The position numbers were made by a program, and so were the translations under genes. 37,266 nucleotides of DNA from a virus. Taxonomy: Duplodnaviria > Caudoviricetes. Positions 1 to 8,889 of the stretch are shown piece after piece. The notes beneath the pieces were generated by a model. That model worked only from the letters and a program-made list of their open reading frames with translations. It was not told where the DNA came from and made no database searches. Position 1 is the stretch's first letter; each line of letters begins with the position of its first letter. The stretch lies in IMG/VR virus record IMGVR_UViG_3300025084_003228, positions 1 through 37,266 of that record; one strand, 5' to 3'.

Positions 1-320
1 TTACGGGTGTTACAACAGCAACAGAAACAGTTACTGATAGTGGAAATGATAATGATATAGATTACATAAGTGGAGCTACGTTTGATGATACGACAGGTAT
101 AATTACAGGTACAGGAACAGGTAATGCCGGATTTACTGTTGATATTGATGGTAGGTATTTAACCACTGAAAGTTACACAGCACACGATAATATTACCGCG
201 GCAAGTTCATCTGACAATAGTGGTAGAACATATATACAAGATATCTTATTAGATGGTAATGGTCACGTTACTGGTATAACTACGGCTACGGAAACAGTTA
301 CCGATAGTGGAAATGATAAT
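1..320 (+). repeat. Degenerate intragenic tandem repeat, 267-nt (89-aa) period, in the tail fibre
   Basis: 1-53 (ttacgggtgttacaacagcaacagaaacagttactgatagtggaaatgataat) recurs at 268-320 (ttactggtataactacggctacggaaacagttaccgatagtggaaatgataat). Confidence 0.85.
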
Positions 321-1202
321 TACTATGTTGATGGATTAAGTTTCGATACTGGTAATGGTGTTCTTACGGCGAGTGTGAATGGGGCAACTAATCAGACAGT
401 CGATTTAGACGGTAGATATGCACTTTCATCTCACGATCATAATAGAATTACCGAGAACGCAACAATTACATTCGGAGCGGCTCAACTTCAATGGATGGAT
501 CAGAGTGGTAATGGAGGTACAGGTATGAATGGTGCGGCACCACAAAATCCGAATAGTGATTGGCATTATCAAATGATCATGAACCACGCTAATAGTGCTG
601 GTTATTATGTACAAATGGCGTTTGATTTCCATGATGATCAAGTATGGTTCCAAAGAATGGAAAATGGTTCATTACAGGGTTGGAGAGAATTTATACACTC
701 AGGAAATATTGGATCCCAATCAGTGAGTTATGCGGCCACAGCGGGATCGGCCGACCAGATTGATGGGATTCCGTTTAGAAACACAAACCACACTGCAGGG
801 ATTAACGCAGACACCTTAGATAGTGCGGGTATCACATACTACACAGCTGGGGTAGATAATTTTTCAGGGAATGCAACGGACGGAGCACTCTATTCACAAA
901 TATATAGTTCATCATGGCAACATCAAATTGCGGGTGACTATAGAAGTGGACGAATTGCCGTTAGAGGTAAAAATAATAGTACTTGGCAATCTTGGAAAAA
1001 GATACCGGCGGTTAATGTTTCTACATTCGTTAATGTGAGTATCGTTACTTTTACCCATGGTTTAGGAACCGATAATGTAATTGTACAGGTATATGACAGT
1101 AATGGTGATTTATTTTTCCCTTCGGCGATAAATTCTTTAAATGGGGTGGTTGTGGTTAAATTTGAAACAAGTAGATCAGGAAGAGTAGTCGTAACAGGAT
1201 AA
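3..1202 (+). CDS. Tail fibre protein, C-terminal part (gene begins upstream of the window)
   Basis: The frame of ORF 375..1202 is open back to base 3 (TGVTTATETVTDSGNDN...). It has T/G/D-rich repeats with 'VD(I/L)DGRY', two knob-like segments (ending ...GWREFIHSGNI and ...WQSWKKI) and a terminal 'THGLGTDNVIVQVYD' module typical of phage fibres. Confidence 0.8.
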   Translation, partial: TGVTTATETVTDSGNDNDIDYISGATFDDTTGIITGTGTGNAGFTVDIDGRYLTTESYTAHDNITAASSSDNSGRTYIQDILLDGNGHVTGITTATETVTDSGNDNYYVDGLSFDTGNGVLTASVNGATNQTVDLDGRYALSSHDHNRITENATITFGAAQLQWMDQSGNGGTGMNGAAPQNPNSDWHYQMIMNHANSAGYYVQMAFDFHDDQVWFQRMENGSLQGWREFIHSGNIGSQSVSYAATAGSADQIDGIPFRNTNHTAGINADTLDSAGITYYTAGVDNFSGNATDGALYSQIYSSSWQHQIAGDYRSGRIAVRGKNNSTWQSWKKIPAVNVSTFVNVSIVTFTHGLGTDNVIVQVYDSNGDLFFPSAINSLNGVVVVKFETSRSGRVVVTG

Positions 1203-1213
1203 AAGGAAGATAA

Positions 1214-2353
1214 ATGATTAGAGAAAACGTAATAGTTAGTGGTTCACTTGACGTGAGTGGACAATTTATCATACCGAGAGGTAGTAGAGGGGAAAGACCC
1301 ACTTCACCTGAGGTTGGTTCTATGTACTTAGAAGAATCTACAAGTGGTAGTTTCGTTGTTACATATACTGGGTCATCTAATTATGATGATGGTTGGGAAC
1401 CAGTGGGTTCACAAGATACTGACAGAACAGGATTCAAATACAGACAAATAATAAACTATTCATATTTGGCAGGTGGATATAAGTCAGGTTCACCATGGAA
1501 GAATGTACATAAAACAATTAACGCAACCGACCAAACATCTCACTTAGGTGAGTTATTAGATTACCCAGCAAACTATACCTCAGGGGCGTGTAGTAAAACT
1601 AAATTATTTCTTTGGTCCACAAATACTGACGGTGGTAATAAAGGAGCCACCACCATACATTCAACCCACACATCTGGTGTTGATATGGTAAACGAGACCA
1701 CATACGCACACCAATCTAAATGGGATTTATTAAATGCCAGGGATGATTGTGGGACTTTATTTAAGGAAACTGAATTTGCATACGTTTTTGGTGGATCGGT
1801 GGCGACTGTAGAAAAATTTAATTTAACTAACGAGACAATGTACACCACTTATTATCCAGGTGGATCACCTTATGTTACAACAACACTATCCATTACAAGT
1901 ACATTAGGTTCTTCAGGATTTTCTGATGAAAACTATGGTTATGGGTATGGTTCCCAAAGTGGGAACAAATGTCACTTTGCAACTGATGTGTTCGAGACAA
2001 GAGCATCTTCATGGGCATCTAGTGGACAACAAAAAGGAATTAGTTCTAAAGTTGGTAAAGGTTATTGTGGAAATGAAGGTACATATAATGGAGGTTACAA
2101 TTTAAGAAGGTGGGATGTTTTTACCGAAACTAATATTGGTAATGTTCCTAAACCACACGCAAATTGTGGGGAAGAGAATTTTACAATGGGACAAGACCAT
2201 CAATACATGTTAGCAACATACGATGGTACGGGTCAATCAAATGCGAGTTGGAAATTCTCATATACAACAGATACAGGTACGGTAAATCCTGCAGGGTTAG
2301 CACCAGGTGTTAACGCAGGTGCATCATCAGGACATTGTGGTTGGAGAAATTAA
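1214..2353 (+). CDS. Putative virion/tail-associated beta-propeller-like protein, paralogue 1 of 3
   Basis: N-terminal 'VSGSL...P-x-G-x4-RP-x2-P-x2-GS-x-Y' motif like phage fibre/virion proteins; G/S/Y-rich beta repeats (YLAGGY, YVFGG, GYGYG); ends SSGHCGWRN. Confidence 0.6.
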   Translation: MIRENVIVSGSLDVSGQFIIPRGSRGERPTSPEVGSMYLEESTSGSFVVTYTGSSNYDDGWEPVGSQDTDRTGFKYRQIINYSYLAGGYKSGSPWKNVHKTINATDQTSHLGELLDYPANYTSGACSKTKLFLWSTNTDGGNKGATTIHSTHTSGVDMVNETTYAHQSKWDLLNARDDCGTLFKETEFAYVFGGSVATVEKFNLTNETMYTTYYPGGSPYVTTTLSITSTLGSSGFSDENYGYGYGSQSGNKCHFATDVFETRASSWASSGQQKGISSKVGKGYCGNEGTYNGGYNLRRWDVFTETNIGNVPKPHANCGEENFTMGQDHQYMLATYDGTGQSNASWKFSYTTDTGTVNPAGLAPGVNAGASSGHCGWRN

Positions 2354-2365
2354 CTATTTATAGAT

Positions 2366-3484
2366 ATGATATTTGAAAATTTAGAAATTAGTGGATCATT
2401 AAGAGGACAAGGACCTACAAGACCTCCTTCAGGTTTGAAGGCGAGTAGACCATCTTCACCAGAAAATGGGTCTCTATATTTAGAAATGACAACCTCAGGT
2501 AGTTTTGATAATAGTTTCTTAATGGTTTATACGGGTAATGGAAACGACGGTGGATGGGAAAGAATTGCAAATCAAAGTAATTTTGGTAAAACTAGTTTCA
2601 AGTACAATCAGATAATAAACTATTCATATTTAGCGGGTGGTTACAAATCAAGTTCACCTTGGAAGAATGTACACAAAACAGTAAACGCAACCGACCAAAC
2701 ATCTCACTTAGGTGAGTTATTGGATTATCCCGCATCGTATACCTCAGGGGCATGTAGTAGAACAATTTTCTATGTTTGGTCTGTTAATGATGATGGTGCT
2801 TGGAAAAGTGCGGGTAATGTACATGGTACAACCACGTCAGCAGTAAATATGATGACCGATACCAACTATGCACATACCGCGGCAATGGATACTACCATAT
2901 CAAGAAGTGATTTAGGTACTATGTTTAAAGAAACTGAAATGGCATACCTTTTTAGTGGTGGTTCAACAACCGTGGAATTATTTAATTTAACTACAGAATC
3001 TTTACATACCGCATATACATTAACAACAATAAACGGTAGTGATGGTGCTTCCGCATTTTCAGATGAACTCCATGGTTATGGTTGGACATCGGGCGCTGGT
3101 GTAAAATTAAATTTTGCAACCGAAACATTTACAACCTCGGATCGTTGGGGTAATCACTCACAACAAAAAGGAATTAGTTCTAAGGTTGGAAAGGGTTATG
3201 CCGGTAATGAAGGTTCATATAATGGAGGTTACAATTTAAGAAGATGGAGTAATCAAACAGACACGAATATTGGTAACGTCCCTAAACCTGACGGAAATTG
3301 TGGTGAAGAAAACTTTACTATGGGTCAGGATTGGCAGTATATGTTAGGTAATTATAATGGTTTACAAAATAATAATGCGTGGAAATTCACGTATTCAACA
3401 GACACAGGAACTACAAGTGTTACAGGTTTAAATCCCGCGGTAAACCCAGGGACTTCTTCTGGACATTGTGGTTGGAGAGAATAA
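2366..3484 (+). CDS. Putative virion/tail-associated beta-propeller-like protein, paralogue 2 of 3
   Basis: Collinear with 1214..2353 (INYSYLAGGYKSSSPWKNVHK, QQKGISSKVGKGY, NCGEENF); ends SSGHCGWRE. Confidence 0.6.
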   Translation: MIFENLEISGSLRGQGPTRPPSGLKASRPSSPENGSLYLEMTTSGSFDNSFLMVYTGNGNDGGWERIANQSNFGKTSFKYNQIINYSYLAGGYKSSSPWKNVHKTVNATDQTSHLGELLDYPASYTSGACSRTIFYVWSVNDDGAWKSAGNVHGTTTSAVNMMTDTNYAHTAAMDTTISRSDLGTMFKETEMAYLFSGGSTTVELFNLTTESLHTAYTLTTINGSDGASAFSDELHGYGWTSGAGVKLNFATETFTTSDRWGNHSQQKGISSKVGKGYAGNEGSYNGGYNLRRWSNQTDTNIGNVPKPDGNCGEENFTMGQDWQYMLGNYNGLQNNNAWKFTYSTDTGTTSVTGLNPAVNPGTSSGHCGWRE

Positions 3485-3496
3485 AATAGAAAGAAT

Positions 3497-4612
3497 ATGA
3501 TATACGAAAATATGTCCGTTAGTGGTTCACTTAAAGTGGACAGAGTCACTGCAAGACCACCGAAAGGTGTTAAGTCACAGAGACCATCGAACCCATTATC
3601 GGGTTCTTTATTCTTGGAAGAATCATCCGAACACACAAGTTATCTTATGGTTTATACTGGTGTTTCAAATATAGAAAATGGTTGGGAACGAATATCGGCA
3701 CAACAGAATGAAGGGACTAACTTTAAGTACAGACAAATAATAAACTATTCGTATATGGCTGGTGGTTACAAATCAAGTTCACCTTGGAAGAATGTACACA
3801 AAGCGACTAATGCAACTGATCAGACAACACACATAGGTGAGTTATTAGACTACCCTGCAAACTATACCTCAGGAGCATGTAGTAAATCTATATTTTATAT
3901 GTGGTCCGTGAACACTGATAATGGACACAAAGGACCGACAACTCTACATAGTAACACAACTTCAGCGGTTAATATGATGACGGACACTAACTACGCACAC
4001 CAATCTAACCACGACTTACAATATAGTAGGTCCGATTGTGGAACCATGTGGAAAGAACATGAGTTTGCTTGGATTTTCGCGGGTAACAGAACTGAGGTGG
4101 ATAAATTTAATTTAAGTAATGAAACGACAATAACAAACTATGGTGTAACCTCGATAAGTAGTAGTGGTGGAGCGAGTTCGTTCTGTAATGAAACTCATGG
4201 TTATGGATGGAGTACAAGTAGTATAAAAATGGAATTCTCTACGGAGACCATATCAAGTGCGTCAAGTTCATGGTCAGCACACGGACAACAAAAAGGTATT
4301 GCGTCTAAAGTTGGTAAGGGTTATGCCGGTAATGAGGGATCTTACCAAGGTGGTTACAATTTGAGAAGATGGGATACATCTACAGATACTAATATTGGTA
4401 ATGTTTCTAAGTTAAGACCTAATTGTGGTGAAGAGAATTTCGCAATGGGACAGGATTGGCAATACATGTTAGGTTGTTACGGTAGTAGTCTTCAAAATAA
4501 CGATAGTTGGAAGATGTATTATCAAACAGACACAGGTGTTTTAAATCCGGCAGGTCTTCCACCAGCAGTGAACGCAGGTACGTCTTCAGGTCACTGTGCT
4601 TGGAGAGAATAA
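3497..4612 (+). CDS. Putative virion/tail-associated beta-propeller-like protein, paralogue 3 of 3
   Basis: Same motifs as paralogues 1 and 2; ends SSGHCAWRE. Confidence 0.6.
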   Translation: MIYENMSVSGSLKVDRVTARPPKGVKSQRPSNPLSGSLFLEESSEHTSYLMVYTGVSNIENGWERISAQQNEGTNFKYRQIINYSYMAGGYKSSSPWKNVHKATNATDQTTHIGELLDYPANYTSGACSKSIFYMWSVNTDNGHKGPTTLHSNTTSAVNMMTDTNYAHQSNHDLQYSRSDCGTMWKEHEFAWIFAGNRTEVDKFNLSNETTITNYGVTSISSSGGASSFCNETHGYGWSTSSIKMEFSTETISSASSSWSAHGQQKGIASKVGKGYAGNEGSYQGGYNLRRWDTSTDTNIGNVSKLRPNCGEENFAMGQDWQYMLGCYGSSLQNNDSWKMYYQTDTGVLNPAGLPPAVNAGTSSGHCAWRE

Positions 4613-4672
4613 TACCATTTTACACTTTATTTAATTCTTTTTTATACTTATATTATAGTAAAATTTTATTAT

Positions 4673-5419
4673 ATGCAAGACTTTAAATACGAAAGAGATG
4701 GTGTTAACTCTAAACTCATAGAAATAGCGGAACAGGTATCATTCGCACTACCGAGATATAAGGCAGAGACTTTTGTTGGGGGAGCACAAATTACTCCATA
4801 CGCAAAATTGAAACAGTGGTTACTCGAACTCAGAGGTCGTGAAGATGCGGTCGAACATTTAGAGTATACTGTACAAAAACAAGACTTAGAAATACAAATA
4901 CAAGAGGAGAGTAAAGAATTTCTTACCGACCCCAAAAGAAAACAATTAGTTGACCTTAATATTGCGGATATGAAGATTGACCTTAGAAAGTTTAAAAGAA
5001 ACTTGAAGGACGCTTATATTGAGAGACAAGGGTTTATTGACCTAATAAAAGATTTCTTAGACACTGATGACGCCAAACTACCTGACGGATCTAATTTAAT
5101 AGATGTTATAGGTAATAAAGAATTAGAAGATAAATTTGAACACGAGTATTGGACGGTTAGAATGGCAAAACAAGCCATGTTAGATATGATATCGTATGGT
5201 AGAGTAGGTACAGGTAACTTAGATTCTATTTTAATGATGTCGGCCGAACAACAGAAACAAGTTTTATCACTTGCTTCCTCTTACACAGTATTTATAGATA
5301 AGAACATTAATCAACTAATGTCTAACGCAACAACAAATAGTTTCTCCATTGAAGAATCATTGAGGAATCAACTTAAGTTGGGTAAGGCAGATAAACCTGA
5401 TACTGAAAAACTTTTATAA
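4673..5419 (+). CDS. Alpha-helical/coiled-coil hypothetical protein
   Basis: 248-aa ORF with heptad-like E/K/Q/L segments; stop overlaps the next start (TAATG). Confidence 0.65.
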   Translation: MQDFKYERDGVNSKLIEIAEQVSFALPRYKAETFVGGAQITPYAKLKQWLLELRGREDAVEHLEYTVQKQDLEIQIQEESKEFLTDPKRKQLVDLNIADMKIDLRKFKRNLKDAYIERQGFIDLIKDFLDTDDAKLPDGSNLIDVIGNKELEDKFEHEYWTVRMAKQAMLDMISYGRVGTGNLDSILMMSAEQQKQVLSLASSYTVFIDKNINQLMSNATTNSFSIEESLRNQLKLGKADKPDTEKLL

Positions 5420-6159
5420 TGAGACATATTATTTTTAAAATAACTGGTGAAATCCCTGGATACATTAAAGTTATTGGATCCTACATGAATTATTACTACG
5501 GACGTATTGAAGACATATACGACGATATGAGATTAGATTTGGATAAGTTTAATGCCTCTGTTATAACTGAAGATGTGGGAAAGGGTTTTATTTTTGCCGA
5601 CATTTATAAAAGTTATGTGAGTATTAGAACAAACTCTTCACTGATGGATGAGGTACCTGTTTTAGCAGAGTCTTCAGAAACCGAGGAAGAAAAAATTAAA
5701 TACACACTTACAGATGAGGACAAACAATTAGGTGTTGATTTTAACAAAGCGGTTCTTCTAAAGGTTATTGCGGATAGATTCTTTACAAGATATAAAGATC
5801 TTATGGTTGACGTATCTGATTTAGAGAAAGATACGTGGGAAGAACAAAAAAGAGAGGCATTTGCATATGAAGAGAATAGTAACTACCCAACACCTGTAAT
5901 AGACATACTTTCAAGTGGTAGGGGTATCGAGAAACAAGTATTAGTGGATAAGATTATATCCAATGTTACAACATATAACACAAAATTAGCGACACTACTT
6001 CTTGAACAACAACTTTTAGAAACAAAAGTTAAAAATTGTAACACCATTGCGGATTGTCACAGGGTAAGACATGAGAAATTTGGTGTAGGTATGAGTAGAC
6101 AACAAAAGATTGATGAGGAAATTGAGACAACCCCACTGACACTGAAGATAGATTTCTAA
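5419..6159 (+). CDS. Tail fibre assembly/chaperone-like protein
   Basis: C-terminal 'EKDTWEEQKREA...TPVIDILSSGRGIEKQVLVDKI...QQLLE' resembles the E-x2-TW-x2-Q-x2-EA...TP...RG pattern of phage tail-fibre assembly proteins. Confidence 0.55.
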   Translation: MRHIIFKITGEIPGYIKVIGSYMNYYYGRIEDIYDDMRLDLDKFNASVITEDVGKGFIFADIYKSYVSIRTNSSLMDEVPVLAESSETEEEKIKYTLTDEDKQLGVDFNKAVLLKVIADRFFTRYKDLMVDVSDLEKDTWEEQKREAFAYEENSNYPTPVIDILSSGRGIEKQVLVDKIISNVTTYNTKLATLLLEQQLLETKVKNCNTIADCHRVRHEKFGVGMSRQQKIDEEIETTPLTLKIDF

Positions 6160-6169
6160 AAATAACTAA

Positions 6170-7168
6170 ATGAATTTAGCAATAAATGGTACATGTGCTA
6201 AAGGTTGTTCGTTCTGTTTTACAAAAGAAGATGCAAGACTAAAACATACTCTTGGTGAGATGTCGATAGAAAAGGTGGGTGAGTTACTTGACCACTTTGA
6301 TGTTAAAGGATCTAGAGAAGAGGTCACTATTTTAGGTGGTGAACCAACACAACATTCAAACTTTATAGGACTAATGGACTATATAATCTCAAGGGGTTAT
6401 AAAGTTAATTTAGTAAGTAACTTATTATTTGGTAAAAGAACATTAGATTACATAGTCACCAACATAAGACACATTAAGTGGGTTCTACCTAATGGTGCGG
6501 AATTAGATGAAAAGAATAGATTAAATCTATTCAAAAAGAATTACCTATCACTATATACAGCGTACGCCAATACGTGGGGTTTTGAAGAAAACTCAAGATT
6601 GTTCATCGCACTAACATTATCGTCGGATTGGAAGGAAAGAAAAATGTACGATTACATAAAGTGGTTGTATCATGCATTGGATGGTAAACTAAATGCAATA
6701 AGGTTAGGTTTAGATCTGACAGGTACCTATCTGATTAATAATAAAGAGATGGGTGAGGAGGTTACCAAAATACTTAAATTTGGGATGTACAACAATATAA
6801 GGGTTACATCTGATTGTCAAGTACCTCCATGTTTATGGGAGGGTAAAACAAAAGAATCAATTATACAAAACTCATTTGATTTTGCGACCTTTAAAGTAAA
6901 AGGGTATGATAAGATATGTGGGTTTATGCCGTTAGACATCTTTCCTGATGGTTCGTCTATTCATTGTTATCCTTTACAAGACAAAGTTAAGATAGATAAT
7001 GTATTGAAAATTTCAGGAGAAAATAATATATTAACTCTAAGAGATGAGTTCGATGATCTTTATAGGGAGAATCATAAAAATTATAAAATACCACAAGACT
7101 GTTTAGATTGTGTTTTTTACAAGACAGAATGTAATGGAATATGTGGAGGATGTTTAGAGAATGAGTAA
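6170..7168 (+). CDS. Radical SAM enzyme with SPASM/twitch-like C-terminal domain
   Basis: CxxxCxxC (CAKGCSFC), GGEPT motif, CQVPPC, CGFMPLDIFPDGSSIHC and C-terminal CLDC-x5-CNGICGGC. Confidence 0.9.
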   Translation: MNLAINGTCAKGCSFCFTKEDARLKHTLGEMSIEKVGELLDHFDVKGSREEVTILGGEPTQHSNFIGLMDYIISRGYKVNLVSNLLFGKRTLDYIVTNIRHIKWVLPNGAELDEKNRLNLFKKNYLSLYTAYANTWGFEENSRLFIALTLSSDWKERKMYDYIKWLYHALDGKLNAIRLGLDLTGTYLINNKEMGEEVTKILKFGMYNNIRVTSDCQVPPCLWEGKTKESIIQNSFDFATFKVKGYDKICGFMPLDIFPDGSSIHCYPLQDKVKIDNVLKISGENNILTLRDEFDDLYRENHKNYKIPQDCLDCVFYKTECNGICGGCLENE

Positions 7169-8201
7169 GATTTTTTCAATACCGTTAAACCCGATGTTAA
7201 GTGAACAAGCATTCACACATGTGTTCTATCCTTTTTTAAAGGAACACAAGGATTGGATTTATGATATATATTTCACGTGTAGGATACCACCATTTACTCA
7301 AGATGCGATGGGATCAATTATAGATGATAATGATAGAAACTCTGTTTTTGAAAATGCAATGATGATACAAGAATCGTTAGGTATAAAAGTAAGTGCAACT
7401 TTTAATAATTTCAACGTATCACCAAAGTATGAAAATTATAAACTCTTTATTGATAATTTAAAACCACTCTATGAGAAAGGGTTAAGGTCTATGACAATTC
7501 CTCATGGTCATTGGGTGGCCATGGGACTAAAGGACCATTTTCCTGAGATGCATATTAAAAACACCATACTCAGAAAGGTTAACACCGCACAAGATTTTTG
7601 GTATTCCGCCGAACAAGGTTTTGATTACATTAATGTAGACAGAATATTGATGAGGGATATGGAAGAATTAAAAAACATTAGAAGAGCACAACTAATGTTT
7701 CAACAAAAACACGGTAGGTATATTGAAATAGCGTTACTTACTAATGAAGGTTGTTTGGGTAGGTGTCCTGTTATGGATGAACACTATTCATATAATAACC
7801 TTAGAAAACCAAACGAATTACCATACTTTCATCATGAAATATCTAAAGTTACATGTGAACACAAATGGGAAGACGAGGTAGATGCGTTCTTTTTTAAAAC
7901 TGCAACAATTCCTCCATTCAAAGAGGAGTTTAACGAATACCTAAACCATATTGACGTTTTTAAAATGCACGGTAGAGATAGTTTTGATAGACTTAATGAA
8001 ACTATGGAAATTATTGAGTCATATTCCAAAGGTAAAGAGGTGTTGTCTTCATCCTCTAAAACATATTTAGATGGTGTACCATACGAAGAGTTAAGAGGGT
8101 GGAGAAAGAAAATTAAGAAATGTAAATTTCAATGTTGGGATTGTAACTATTGTGATATAGTATCGGAACACAAAAAAAGAAAACTTAATGGACCTAATTA
8201 A
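7161..8201 (+). CDS. Peptidase U32-like Fe-S protein (RlhA/TrhP/UbiUV superfamily)
   Basis: 'GFDYINVDR', 'IEIALLTNEGCLGRCP', 'DVFKMHGR' (cf. U32 SLKIEGR) and a C-terminal CKFQCWDCNYC cluster. Confidence 0.75.
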   Translation: MSKIFSIPLNPMLSEQAFTHVFYPFLKEHKDWIYDIYFTCRIPPFTQDAMGSIIDDNDRNSVFENAMMIQESLGIKVSATFNNFNVSPKYENYKLFIDNLKPLYEKGLRSMTIPHGHWVAMGLKDHFPEMHIKNTILRKVNTAQDFWYSAEQGFDYINVDRILMRDMEELKNIRRAQLMFQQKHGRYIEIALLTNEGCLGRCPVMDEHYSYNNLRKPNELPYFHHEISKVTCEHKWEDEVDAFFFKTATIPPFKEEFNEYLNHIDVFKMHGRDSFDRLNETMEIIESYSKGKEVLSSSSKTYLDGVPYEELRGWRKKIKKCKFQCWDCNYCDIVSEHKKRKLNGPN

Positions 8202-8853
8202 ACACATAGACAACTCAATTAGGTGGGGTGAAAGAGAAGTATCCAAACTTAACCAAGACGTATTAAACATTCACGGAATTACAAGTAACAAAGTAAGGTC
8301 ATTACTCAACAACATATGTTCAATAGGTGGGACGTACTTAGAGATTGGGGTTTTCAGAGGTGCAACCTTCTGTTCTGCCATTTATAATAATGATAATCTA
8401 CATGGTATTGGGATTGACAATTTTGCATCACCAAACCTAATGCCGATGGGTGTAAGTCAAAAATTGGCATCTTATCTAAAACAAGGGTTAGATGTAACAC
8501 CACAGGAAAACTTCTTAGACAATGTTAAGCGGTTCGGAGACCCTGATAGGTTAGATATATATAAAACAGATTATACAACCTTTGATTATTCCCAACTACC
8601 TAAATTAGATATTATTTTTTATGATGGAGACACCAAATTCCATGATCAGTATGTTACACTTAAAAAAATAATCCCTCAATTTTCAGACAAGACAATACTA
8701 ATAATGGATGATTGGAATTGGGATAGTGGTGCTCTCTATAGAATCATAGATGAGGAAAAATTGTTCGTATCACACCAAAAAGAAATCTTTACAAAGGGTG
8801 AAGATATGGAAGATTTTTGGAACGGAATTGGTATATTTCTTATAGAAAAATAG
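8188..8853 (+). CDS. Class I SAM-dependent methyltransferase (Methyltransf_24-like)
   Basis: YLEIGVFRGAT (motif I), GIDNF, DIIFYDGD, LIMDDWNW. Confidence 0.85.
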   Translation: MDLIKHIDNSIRWGEREVSKLNQDVLNIHGITSNKVRSLLNNICSIGGTYLEIGVFRGATFCSAIYNNDNLHGIGIDNFASPNLMPMGVSQKLASYLKQGLDVTPQENFLDNVKRFGDPDRLDIYKTDYTTFDYSQLPKLDIIFYDGDTKFHDQYVTLKKIIPQFSDKTILIMDDWNWDSGALYRIIDEEKLFVSHQKEIFTKGEDMEDFWNGIGIFLIEK

Positions 8854-8889
8854 TTGACTTTTATTTATATTTTATCTAAATTAAAATCT

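Noticed and set aside
1214-4612. Diversity-generating retroelement TR/VR pairs among the repeated segments
   Set aside because: The repeats lie in intact paralogous ORFs, the differences are not adenine-specific, and there is no reverse transcriptase in the window.
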